47,364 nucleotides of DNA from Parcubacteria group bacterium (GCA_041662765.1 JBAZRT010000001.1:1-47364), one strand, 5' to 3'. Counted from the first letter of the stretch, positions 23,483 through 31,407 are shown. The notes: generated by a model from the sequence alone, not told the origin. Numbers and translations: made by a program.

Positions 23483-24778
23483 ATGAGTCTAGATAATAAA
23501 AAAATTTTCAGGTTCGGAATCAGATCTCCTCACGAATGGGCGGTTGTTTTTCGCTTGGCTCTTCGCAATTTGCGCATGAACAAGATCAGAACCGCTCTCA
23601 CAGTGATTGGGGTCGTGATTGGGATCATGTCGGTGATAATCGTGATGGCTGGCGGAACCGGTCTCAAAAACTATGTTTTGGGGCAGGTTGATATTTTCGG
23701 AACGGACTATATTCAAGTGGAAGTGAAAGTTCCCGGTGTTTCTCAAAACTCGTCGGAAAATATCTCCGGCCGGGGGACGGGACTCGCTATCACAACGCTA
23801 AAAGAGAAAGATGCTGAAGCGGTCGCGAAGATTCCCAATGTCAGAACCTGGAGCGCGGGAAATGTGGATCAAGAATTGGTGAGCTACAACAGTACGAACA
23901 AAAGAGTGACGATCTTCGGCGTGAATCCCTCTTATGTTGAAATTGACCGCCAGATTCAGCCAGTCGAGGGAGCCTTTTTTTCCGAGGGCGATGAAGCCGG
24001 AGCTGCTCAAGTGGTGGTGATCGGTGCCGGGGTCAAAAAAAGTTTTTTCGGAGAAGGGGACGCTGCAGGGAAAAATATCAAGATAAAAGATCAGAATTAT
24101 CGAGTGGTCGGAGTGCTCAAAGAAAGGGGATCCGGTGGATTTTTCAATTTCGATGACGTTGTCTATGTTCCCTTCAAAACGCTCAACAAAAAATTGCTCG
24201 GGATCGATTATGCCCAATTCATCACGTTCAAGGTCAAAGATACCGCACGCATGGAGGAAACAGCCGTTGATATTCGGGAAACGATGCGGCGCGAGCACGA
24301 TATAACTGACGCGGCAAAAGACGATTTTGTGGTTATGTCTGCGGCAGAAGGGAAAAATATGATCGAAAAAGTTTTTGGAACAATCAATTATTTGCTTCTG
24401 GCGCTCACTTCGATTTCGCTTCTGGTCGGGGGAGTGGGAATCATGAATGTGATGTACGTGGCTGTCACAGAGCGGACTCGCGAGATCGGGCTTCGCAAGG
24501 CTTTGGGAGCAACAAATTCGGGAGTTTTGCGTCAATTTCTCTTTGAAGCCGTCATAGTGACATTTCTTGGCGGAGTAGTGGGGATTATTTTTGGAATAGT
24601 TTCGACCTATCTTCTCAATAATTTCTTGATACGTCTCGGCTATATGCTTCAATTTTCCGTTCCCGCCGGATCTATTTTGACGGCCGTCGGTTTTTCCGTC
24701 TTTACCGGACTTATTTTCGGCATCTATCCAGCGTGGAAAGCTTCTCAACTTTCTCCGATCGAGGCGTTGAGAAAATAA
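23483..24778 (+). CDS. ABC transporter permease, MacB/FtsX type (paralog 2)
   Basis: It has the same architecture as paralog 1. The FtsX domain reads LLVGGVGIMNVMYVAVTERTREIGLRKALGAT. Confidence 0.85.
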   Translation: MSLDNKKIFRFGIRSPHEWAVVFRLALRNLRMNKIRTALTVIGVVIGIMSVIIVMAGGTGLKNYVLGQVDIFGTDYIQVEVKVPGVSQNSSENISGRGTGLAITTLKEKDAEAVAKIPNVRTWSAGNVDQELVSYNSTNKRVTIFGVNPSYVEIDRQIQPVEGAFFSEGDEAGAAQVVVIGAGVKKSFFGEGDAAGKNIKIKDQNYRVVGVLKERGSGGFFNFDDVVYVPFKTLNKKLLGIDYAQFITFKVKDTARMEETAVDIRETMRREHDITDAAKDDFVVMSAAEGKNMIEKVFGTINYLLLALTSISLLVGGVGIMNVMYVAVTERTREIGLRKALGATNSGVLRQFLFEAVIVTFLGGVVGIIFGIVSTYLLNNFLIRLGYMLQFSVPAGSILTAVGFSVFTGLIFGIYPAWKASQLSPIEALRK

Positions 24779-24792
24779 GCTTTCGCATCAAA

Positions 24793-24815
24793 CAAAAAAA
24801 CAGCCCTAAAGGCTG
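24793..24815 (-). terminator. Weak minus-strand hairpin with a T-run
   Basis: CAGCC (24801-05) pairs with GGCTG (24811-15). The - strand reads the hairpin followed by TTTTTTTG. The stem is only 5 bp. Confidence 0.35.
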
Positions 24816-25145
24816 ACTTGTGAAACAATATTTTGTGAAACATTTTGTACTTTTGAAATAATTCCAAAGAAAAACCACCTCTCGCTCGTTGACATCAAAT
24901 CTCTTCGGTATCTCGGTTTGTTTGGAGTTTCTTCCATTTCGCATCTCGCTAACTGTCCCTCCCTCTTCAAGAAACAATCAACGTGACACAACTTTACTTT
25001 TAAGATCCCCCAAGAGGTGGCCACTTTAGTGGTGTAGCCATAGTTTTGTTTCGATTTTTAAGGTTTTTAGTTCCCTTCTCTGACTATATGTACGCAGGCT
25101 GGCTTCTTTGCTTTCATTTTTTGCCAAATTGAGTTCAGCGCCTCC

Positions 25146-25174
25146 TTGACAAGGATATTGTTTTTTGCTATGTT
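25146..25174 (+). promoter_or_regulatory. Sigma70-like promoter (TTGACA-N17-TATGTT)
   Basis: The -35 lies at 25146-25151 and the -10 at 25169-25174, upstream of the DUF4012 gene. Confidence 0.55.
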
Positions 25175-25245
25175 TAAACATTGAAAAAATTGAAAAAAAG
25201 CGTATTATCATATGTCTGGTAAAATAATGCTTATATAAAACATTT

Positions 25246-26649
25246 ATGACTTCTAAAACTGACAATTCAACCACGAAAAAAGCGAAAAAGATCAAGCAAA
25301 AAAGCTGGAAATTTTGGGTTTCTTTTTGGATAGTTTCGGTGTTTCTTCTCTTCTCCTGGTACGTATTTTTGCAAATAAGAAACAAAAACATTCAGAATCT
25401 GAAGCCTTTAACAGGCCTCTTGCCGGTAGGAAGCGAACGAAGAAACGAGCTTACGGTTCTGGCTGATGTTTTTGACAAGGCCGGCGGATTTGACAGCGAG
25501 AAAACTTTTCTGGTCCTTTTTCAAAATGACATGGAACTTCGCCCGGGCGGCGGATTTATCGGATCATTTGGAATACTCAAAACAAAAGGCGGAAAAGTGA
25601 GCGATTTTCAAATTCACGACACAGGTGTTTTTGATGGTCGTGTTCCCGACACGGAGCAGCCTCCGTATCCTATGGCGGAAATGCTTCATATAAAAAGTTG
25701 GCAGATGCGCGATTCCAACTGGTCGCCGGATTTCAAAGTCAATGCCGAAAAAGCGGAATATTTCTATAAGCTGGGACAAGGCGGTGAAAATTTTGACGGA
25801 GTAATTGCTATTAATACCGATGTTCTGAACTCAATCCTTGAAATCACAGGGCCGATCAAAATAGCCGATTATCCAGGGGAATACAACGACGAGTCGGCTA
25901 TTCTTCAGCTTGAATATCAGGTGGAAAAAGGTTATCAAGAGCAGGGCATTGCGAAAGGTGAACGGAAAAGCATCATGAAGGACATGGCCCAGGTTTTGAT
26001 CGAAAAAATTCATAATTTCAGCATTTCCGAGCAGTTGGAGCTGGCGAAAAAGCTGGAGGAAGACCTCAAGCAAAAAAATATCCAGATATTTTTCAAAGAT
26101 GAAAGCCTGCAATCTGAAGTGGAAGATATGAACTGGGCGGGACGGGTGAAAAGCTATAAGGGAGATTATTTGATGGCTGTTGACGCGAACCTCAATTCTT
26201 TGAAGAGTGATATCTGCATAAAGCGGGATATCAAATACGAAGTCGACTTGAGCGCTGAAAAGCCCACGGCGACATTGAACCTGACCTATGAACATACTTG
26301 CCGTGCGAAAGATTGGATGACGGCCAATTATAACGATTGGCTCAGAGTTTATGTTCCGGACGGAGCATGGCTGAATGAATCCAGTGTGCCTCAAGAAAAT
26401 CTTCGCTTTGACAATGATCTGGGCAAGAAAGTTATCGGTGTGCCGGTTTTTGTTGAAATCGGCAAAAAGGAAACCGTCACGTTGAAATATGATTTGCCTT
26501 CCGAACTGAAAAATGACAATTATAGCCTTTTTATCCAAAAGCAATCCGGATCAGGGGAAGTGCCGGTCAGCATCTCGGTGAAAAAGGCGGACGGATCAGT
26601 CAGCGAAGTGAATGAGGTGCTTTTAGAGGACAAAATGTTCAACTTCTAA
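25246..26649 (+). CDS. DUF4012-like membrane-anchored protein (467 aa)
   Basis: An N-terminal TM segment is followed by FLVLFQNDMELRPGGGFIGSFGILKTKGGKVSDFQIHDTGVFD, which I recognise as the DUF4012 core. This family is often found beside polysaccharide loci. Confidence 0.65.
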   Translation: MTSKTDNSTTKKAKKIKQKSWKFWVSFWIVSVFLLFSWYVFLQIRNKNIQNLKPLTGLLPVGSERRNELTVLADVFDKAGGFDSEKTFLVLFQNDMELRPGGGFIGSFGILKTKGGKVSDFQIHDTGVFDGRVPDTEQPPYPMAEMLHIKSWQMRDSNWSPDFKVNAEKAEYFYKLGQGGENFDGVIAINTDVLNSILEITGPIKIADYPGEYNDESAILQLEYQVEKGYQEQGIAKGERKSIMKDMAQVLIEKIHNFSISEQLELAKKLEEDLKQKNIQIFFKDESLQSEVEDMNWAGRVKSYKGDYLMAVDANLNSLKSDICIKRDIKYEVDLSAEKPTATLNLTYEHTCRAKDWMTANYNDWLRVYVPDGAWLNESSVPQENLRFDNDLGKKVIGVPVFVEIGKKETVTLKYDLPSELKNDNYSLFIQKQSGSGEVPVSISVKKADGSVSEVNEVLLEDKMFNF

Positions 26650-26666
26650 GGCCTGCTTTTTTAAGC

Positions 26667-26695
26667 TTGACAATCTTATCGGAATAATGTATACT
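26667..26695 (+). promoter_or_regulatory. Sigma70-like promoter (TTGACA-N17-TATACT)
   Basis: The -35 lies at 26667-26672 and the -10 at 26690-26695. Confidence 0.6.
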
Positions 26696-26725
26696 GATCT
26701 GTTGACTTAATAAATAAGCATTGTT

Positions 26726-27412
26726 ATGAACTATTCTCAATTTAAAGTCATTTTATCAAGAAAAATAGGCCTTATGATACTGATCGGGCTTCTTTTTGCG
26801 GCTATTTCATTTTGGGGGATAATGCTTCTTTCACCGAGATATCAGTCCAATTTTGATGTTCTTGTTGTTCAAAATCAAGAGGGTTTTGTCGATTCCTACA
26901 CGCTTGCCAAGTCTACGGAATATTTTTCGAAGCTGCTTTCAGAAAGCGTCTATACGGAAACTTTTCTCAATAAAGTCATAGAAAGCGATCCGGAACTTTC
27001 GAGAATATTGCCTGTTGGAAGAGAAGATCGCATGAAAGCTTGGGGAAAAATGGTTCAAACCTCGATCAATGTTGAGCTGGGAATGATCCATCTCAAGACT
27101 TTGGCGGATGACAAGACTCATGCTGAAATATTGTCGAAAACGATTGCAAATGTTCTCGCGGAAAACAACAATTTGTTCATCAGCGAAAACCAAAAAATCG
27201 AAGTGCGCATGATAAACGCGCCGCTGGTCAAGAGCAATCCGGGAACAAATACGCTGATTTTCACTGTCGTGGCGTCTTTTCTCATTGGAATGCTGCTTGT
27301 GTTCATGATCTCATTTTACAAAAATCTCATCAACCAAAAGAACTCAAAAGACGAATTTGAAAATATGATCGAGAGTGATGAGAATGGGGTTGAAAGTCTT
27401 TGGGAAGCATAA
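26726..27412 (+). CDS. Wzz/polysaccharide co-polymerase-like chain-length determinant (228 aa)
   Basis: It has the bitopic PCP topology: an N-terminal TM segment (IGLMILIGLLFAAISFWGIMLL), a helical loop and a C-terminal TM segment (LIFTVVASFLIGMLLVFMISFY). Confidence 0.55.
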   Translation: MNYSQFKVILSRKIGLMILIGLLFAAISFWGIMLLSPRYQSNFDVLVVQNQEGFVDSYTLAKSTEYFSKLLSESVYTETFLNKVIESDPELSRILPVGREDRMKAWGKMVQTSINVELGMIHLKTLADDKTHAEILSKTIANVLAENNNLFISENQKIEVRMINAPLVKSNPGTNTLIFTVVASFLIGMLLVFMISFYKNLINQKNSKDEFENMIESDENGVESLWEA

Positions 27413-27504
27413 GACATAAACTTCTTCCCGCCGAATATTTCGGGGGTTGAATCTCCCAAAAGCGTTTTTTGGAATATTCAACCCTTGAAAACGAGGGTAG
27501 CTCG

Positions 27505-27534
27505 TTGACAACTTATAATATTAATAAGTAAAAA
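27505..27534 (+). promoter_or_regulatory. Sigma70-like promoter (TTGACA-N18-TAAAAT)
   Basis: The -35 lies at 27505-27510 and the -10 at 27529-27534. It would give a leader of about 220 nt ahead of the 760-aa gene. Confidence 0.4.
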
Positions 27535-27609
27535 TATGCGACTCCGCCTGGGCGGAGTCAAAAACAAAAAATTTCATGCAACTCCGGTTTTTTCCGAAAG
27601 CATATACCG

Positions 27610-27690
27610 CAGATAATCCAGTGTTTTCTCATCTGGCTGCGAGAGCAAAATTTTGCTATTCAGATAATCCAGTGTTTTCTCATCTGGCTG
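27610..27690 (+). repeat. Two perfect 30-nt direct repeats separated by a 21-nt spacer containing a 14-nt palindrome
   Basis: cagataatccagtgttttctcatctggctg occurs at 27610-27639 and at 27661-27690. The spacer cgagAGCAAAATTTTGCTatt contains the palindrome. Each repeat carries CCAG..CTGG. Confidence 0.85.
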
Positions 27691-27758
27691 AAAAGAAACT
27701 ACACGCTCTTTGTTTTGCTTAGGATAAACGAAGGAGAAGCGAGAAGAGGGGTTCGACC

Positions 27759-30041
27759 ATGGTCAAAAATCTGTTAGCCACTGTGCTGCTCGGCCTTTCG
27801 CTGTTTTTCTGCAGCGGCCAGGCTCAAAGCGCAGACCCGATTCCCGGAGATTCCGGTGAGAAGGGTTGGTATAGGTGCTCCGGCGGCGGAGGAGAGGCTT
27901 CGACAGCCGCTTCCGCCGAAAAGTCTGATCCTGGTGTGGTCCGCGAGTGGAAAGATGCCCGCGACGGCCAAATTTATCAGGAAAGACTGAACCAGGAGAG
28001 CGGGCAGTTTTACACGGTCCGCAAACCCAACAAATGGGAAAGCGCTAAGAACGAAGATAGCGACAACCCGCGCAGGTACATCCAGCCTAACACCGACCAG
28101 CCCAAGCGAGTCATCTCGAGTCGCGCTCCCAAAAAGGGTGAAACCTGGACGGTGGGTGTGGTCAGAATGCCCAAGGCCATGCCAATTGCGGCCGGCAAAG
28201 GTCTCTTCTGGGGCGTTGGCCTCAACAAGGCCGAAAACAAGCTGGTTAAGGTGTCTTTGCTTCCGTTGGAAATGAAAGCGGATGACAAGAGCGACACCCG
28301 TCCGGCTGTTTTCATCGCCGAGGGCCAGCTGCCTGAGAACGCTCCGATCATTTGGGGCGACCGCTATCCCGAAAAAAGATGGTGGAAACGCATGGGCGAT
28401 GCCTATGGCGAAACCGTCATCTGGAACCGGGACGGGCAGCATTTCAAGCTGCTCAACGGGTTTTTTGATGAGCCGGAACGACTTGCCAAGTTTGTCGATG
28501 TTTACGGCGGCAAGATTCCGACGTCTAAGGCTCACATGGTCCAAGTGCCGGCCAACGAGGTTTTTCAACAGGCCAAGAAGCTTGGGTACAAAAACCTGAG
28601 CAATGGGGATATGTTGATGCCCGGCGCGGATCTCTATGATCTGCGCGAGCGGCATAGCCAGATTCCGGCGATCTACTTTTACCAGCGTCTCATGAAAACG
28701 GGATTCCCTACTTTCACGGTCCCGTTTGCCGCCGCCTCGTTTGGCATCGGCTCTGGAATACAGGTTGCCTCGGCATTGCTCGATACTCGGCAGTTCGATA
28801 TCGAGTGCCTCTCAAACCAAAAAGGCATGGAAGCCTTCGAGAGGATGCAGAGCAATCTGAAGAGCTCGTCTGCTCTGGCAAGTGTGACTCCGAGATATTC
28901 CGCCAAAGCGGGGATTTCGAGAGTTGCGAATGCACCTCCAGTCGATGACTGCGGGCGCATTCTGAGCCAGCTGACGGCTGGTGCATACCCAATGGGTTAT
29001 GCGGCCGACGAACTGCGGGAAATGCGGTGGCTTTATGACCGCGAGATCCGCAATGAAATGTTCGCCGGCGGCGGTTGGTCTAGTAGCAACGTGCCTCCTG
29101 GTACTGTTGCGACCAACAGTCGCGCAGCCAATTTCCATTGGCGTCCCTTCGGCGTCTATGATGCCGATAGTGGGTTCTGGTTTGGACCCACGTATGAGTA
29201 CGGCAACTGGGACTGGCATTATCGGTCCCGGGGATGGAACGGCGATGGTGAAGGCAGGCGCTGGGCTGCAGGGCTCTCATCTGTCTATACCACCAAAACG
29301 TCCTGGGGCGGGATAAAGTGGTATAACAAAGCCCTGTTTGCCCGCTTCTCTGACGGCCAGATCCATCGGGCGGAAGGCATCTTCGGCACCTATGTCGATG
29401 CCTGGCACAAGCCGCTCTGGCAAAACAAGAGTGAAAGCGTCCAACTCTTCTCCGGCTTTAGTGGAGGAGTAGAAGTGAATACCGGATCCGGATTGCTGGC
29501 GGACTTGAGTCCGACGGTATTGCGCATCAGGGTCTGCGGGGCGGACGCGCTTCGCATAGATCCGGGCATCCGGTTCCTCATGCCCTGGCCTGCAAAAACG
29601 AACTTGCTGGGCTGGGGCGTCAAAGTGATGGCGCTCGACGGAGGGATAGGCTGGTACGCCAATTTCTTCCCGGGCCACCTGAACTTCAAAACCTTCGGCG
29701 GATCTCTGCCGAGGCTGATCAACTTTGCGCGGCGCATTCAGGCCTGCGGAATCAAGGAAATACCGTTCCCGCCGGCCGATATTTGTCCGCCCACCCCGGT
29801 TGTAAAGGTGCCAGAAGCGCCTTGTCCGCCGAAAATCGTGCCGCCGCCTCCTCCGGCCCTCGAAACGCCGCCGGTGAAAATAAAGAAAAAGCGGCCGAGC
29901 AAGAAGAAGCTGCGCCTCCGGTGTCCGGTAGAAAAGCCGGAAATGCCGATCCAGGTGCCGCCTTTGCCTAAGCTGCAAAGCAAACTGTCGCTCCCTGATG
30001 GCCATCAGGCGAGCCGGCAAGTACCACCCAAGGTAATGTGA
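27759..30041 (+). CDS. Large secreted hypothetical protein (760 aa) with a W/G/Y-rich C-proximal region and a proline-rich basic tail
   Basis: The signal peptide is MVKNLLATVLLGLSLFFCSGQAQSA. The W/G/Y-rich stretch reads FHWRPFGVYDADSGFWFGPTYEYGNWDWHYRSRGWNGDG..GGIKWYN. The tail reads PPADICPPTPVVKVPEAPCPPKIVPPPPPALETPPVKIKKKRPSKKK. Composition is GC-rich. Confidence 0.65.
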   Translation: MVKNLLATVLLGLSLFFCSGQAQSADPIPGDSGEKGWYRCSGGGGEASTAASAEKSDPGVVREWKDARDGQIYQERLNQESGQFYTVRKPNKWESAKNEDSDNPRRYIQPNTDQPKRVISSRAPKKGETWTVGVVRMPKAMPIAAGKGLFWGVGLNKAENKLVKVSLLPLEMKADDKSDTRPAVFIAEGQLPENAPIIWGDRYPEKRWWKRMGDAYGETVIWNRDGQHFKLLNGFFDEPERLAKFVDVYGGKIPTSKAHMVQVPANEVFQQAKKLGYKNLSNGDMLMPGADLYDLRERHSQIPAIYFYQRLMKTGFPTFTVPFAAASFGIGSGIQVASALLDTRQFDIECLSNQKGMEAFERMQSNLKSSSALASVTPRYSAKAGISRVANAPPVDDCGRILSQLTAGAYPMGYAADELREMRWLYDREIRNEMFAGGGWSSSNVPPGTVATNSRAANFHWRPFGVYDADSGFWFGPTYEYGNWDWHYRSRGWNGDGEGRRWAAGLSSVYTTKTSWGGIKWYNKALFARFSDGQIHRAEGIFGTYVDAWHKPLWQNKSESVQLFSGFSGGVEVNTGSGLLADLSPTVLRIRVCGADALRIDPGIRFLMPWPAKTNLLGWGVKVMALDGGIGWYANFFPGHLNFKTFGGSLPRLINFARRIQACGIKEIPFPPADICPPTPVVKVPEAPCPPKIVPPPPPALETPPVKIKKKRPSKKKLRLRCPVEKPEMPIQVPPLPKLQSKLSLPDGHQASRQVPPKVM

Positions 30042-30194
30042 AAACCGAGTCTCGGCCGGAGCTTATCCCACAGCATGGGAAAGTAACCGGCCGTACCCGC
30101 GGTATAAATTGTTATAAGGAGAAGAATCACAAAATAAGGCAAAAACAACTAGACCCGCGATTTGTTCGCGGAGATCATCCAAGAGGAGAGGATT

Positions 30195-30584
30195 ATGAAG
30201 GCAATGACGAAGGCGTTGGTTCTGTTTTGTGCGCTGTCTCTCTGCTTTGTCGGCGTGGTCAGCGCCAAGGTTTTGGATGCCGGTGTGTTTCCCACGGCCG
30301 ATGCCCAGGGGAACGTGACCATCCCGCAACTGCCCAATGGCAAGATCCTCCAGATTTACGTCTGGAACGATAGCCAAGGCGCCGCGGAAAAGAAATTGGG
30401 CGCCACGCACAGCTTCAAGCTGAATCCCGGTGACGGTTTCAATTTCACCTGGAGCGGCCCCCAAGGCGTAGCCTGGCAGCTGGTGACCAGAGGTAGTCAG
30501 GTCGGTGGAAGCCTGGTCGTGGACGATTCCTGGAAGGACGCCAACGGCAAAGTCGGGTGCAAGTACCTTTTCCCGGGCAAATAG
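30195..30584 (+). CDS. Small secreted hypothetical protein (129 aa)
   Basis: The ATG at 30195 is preceded by GAGGAGAGG. The signal peptide is MKAMTKALVLFCALSLCFVGVVSA. The mature part is beta-rich. Confidence 0.6.
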   Translation: MKAMTKALVLFCALSLCFVGVVSAKVLDAGVFPTADAQGNVTIPQLPNGKILQIYVWNDSQGAAEKKLGATHSFKLNPGDGFNFTWSGPQGVAWQLVTRGSQVGGSLVVDDSWKDANGKVGCKYLFPGK

Positions 30585-30656
30585 ATCTCGGCCGGACCCC
30601 GGCCACACACCGCCCTCATAAGGAGGTAACAAAGGGAGCAAAGAAGTAGAAGTATT

Positions 30657-30718
30657 GAGCCGTATCAGAATGCTGTCCGCCATCGCGTGGACATGCTACT
30701 GATACGGCTCTTAATTTT
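30657..30718 (+). terminator. Long-stem rho-independent terminator
   Basis: GAGCCGTATCAG (30657-30668) pairs with CTGATACGGCTC (30699-30710) and is followed by TTAATTTT. Confidence 0.7.
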
Positions 30719-30759
30719 GGAAAAAATTAAAACGGCAAGCTGAAATCATGCTTGCCGTT
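30719..30759 (-). terminator. Rho-independent terminator (minus strand)
   Basis: AACGGCAAGC (30731-40) pairs with GCTTGCCGTT (30750-59). The - strand reads the hairpin followed by TTAATTTTTT. Confidence 0.7.
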
Positions 30760-31228
30760 AGTCTTGAGAGCGATCGCCATAAACAACAACCTTTGTTGCC
30801 TTTTCTTCCGCCCAGTCGAACAGTCGCTTGGCGTCTTTTTTCTCTCCCGCATGCACGCATCCGCGAGTGGCTTTCTGGCGGGTAACGTCTTTTTTCAGCG
30901 GAACAACTCCGGCGTGGATGGCCATTCGGGTGCGCTCATTCCAGATGAAAAACAGCGAAAAGGGCATCCAGGTGCTGTATTGGTTTGACCAATATTTTGG
31001 GTCTTTGCGCTCTACCCGATAGATTCCCTGCGGAGTTTTGAATTTTGCGTCCCCGGTGATAGCGGGGAAACGAAGTTGTTCTTTGCCATCCAGATAAGCG
31101 ATGATTTCCTGGCGATATTGATCCACAAAAATGACCTTCCCTCTCCAAAATTCTTCCGATGTCTCCGCGTGGAGAGCGGAAGCAGTGAAAAGAACGAAGA
31201 AGCAAATTATAAGATGAATTTTTTTCAT
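30758..31228 (-). CDS. L,D-transpeptidase (YkuD) domain protein (156 aa)
   Basis: It has the signal peptide MKKIHLIICFFVLFTASALHA. The YkuD active-site pattern HxG...(S/T)xGC(V/I)(H/R) is present as IHAGVVPL...ATRGCVH. Confidence 0.75.
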   Translation of the reverse strand: MKKIHLIICFFVLFTASALHAETSEEFWRGKVIFVDQYRQEIIAYLDGKEQLRFPAITGDAKFKTPQGIYRVERKDPKYWSNQYSTWMPFSLFFIWNERTRMAIHAGVVPLKKDVTRQKATRGCVHAGEKKDAKRLFDWAEEKATKVVVYGDRSQD

Positions 31229-31407
31229 CTCCCATCCTCCTTTTTGGCCTCAATGTCCCAGTATAGCTGTATATACAGGAAAAGCAAGTTTCCAAAAAGG
31301 GATCGAAATAAAACCTCAAATATACGTTTTTGAGCAACTCTATCGCCGTGTTCAGGAAAATACCAGCTAAATAGGAAAATAATGCTTTATATAAGCCGTA
31401 ATAACAC

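Noticed and set aside
23798-24748. A 316-aa minus-strand ORF lies opposite ABC permease 2. Similar long antisense ORFs occur at 22140..22790, 22827..23342, 44327..45304, 46337..47005, 25831..26544 and 38037..38525.
   Set aside because: Each overlaps a plus-strand gene with clear family motifs. Their sequences are compositionally odd (R/F/H/S-rich) and lack start-site signals.
24793-25140. The intergenic region could be RNase P RNA, tmRNA, SRP RNA, or a 72-88-aa minus-strand gene.
   Set aside because: None of the universal signatures is present (GAGGAAAGUCC / ACAGAA for RNase P, a tRNA-like GGGG...CCA end for tmRNA, GGAA...AGCA helix 8 for SRP). The small ORFs have no SD and unconvincing sequence. 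It is kept only as an unclassified structured-RNA candidate.
27610-27690. The two 30-nt direct repeats could be a mini CRISPR array.
   Set aside because: There are only two copies. The 21-nt spacer is too short and is itself palindromic. No cas genes or leader-like AT tract are present, and the repeats lie in the 5' leader of a gene.
27774-30020. Minus-strand ORFs of 293 aa and 247 aa, and other internal ORFs, lie inside the 760-aa island gene. ORFs at 15005..15784 and 15774..16271 lie inside island 1.
   Set aside because: GC-rich DNA produces long spurious antisense ORFs. The plus-strand genes have signal peptides, SDs and terminators, and the antisense ORFs have none of these.
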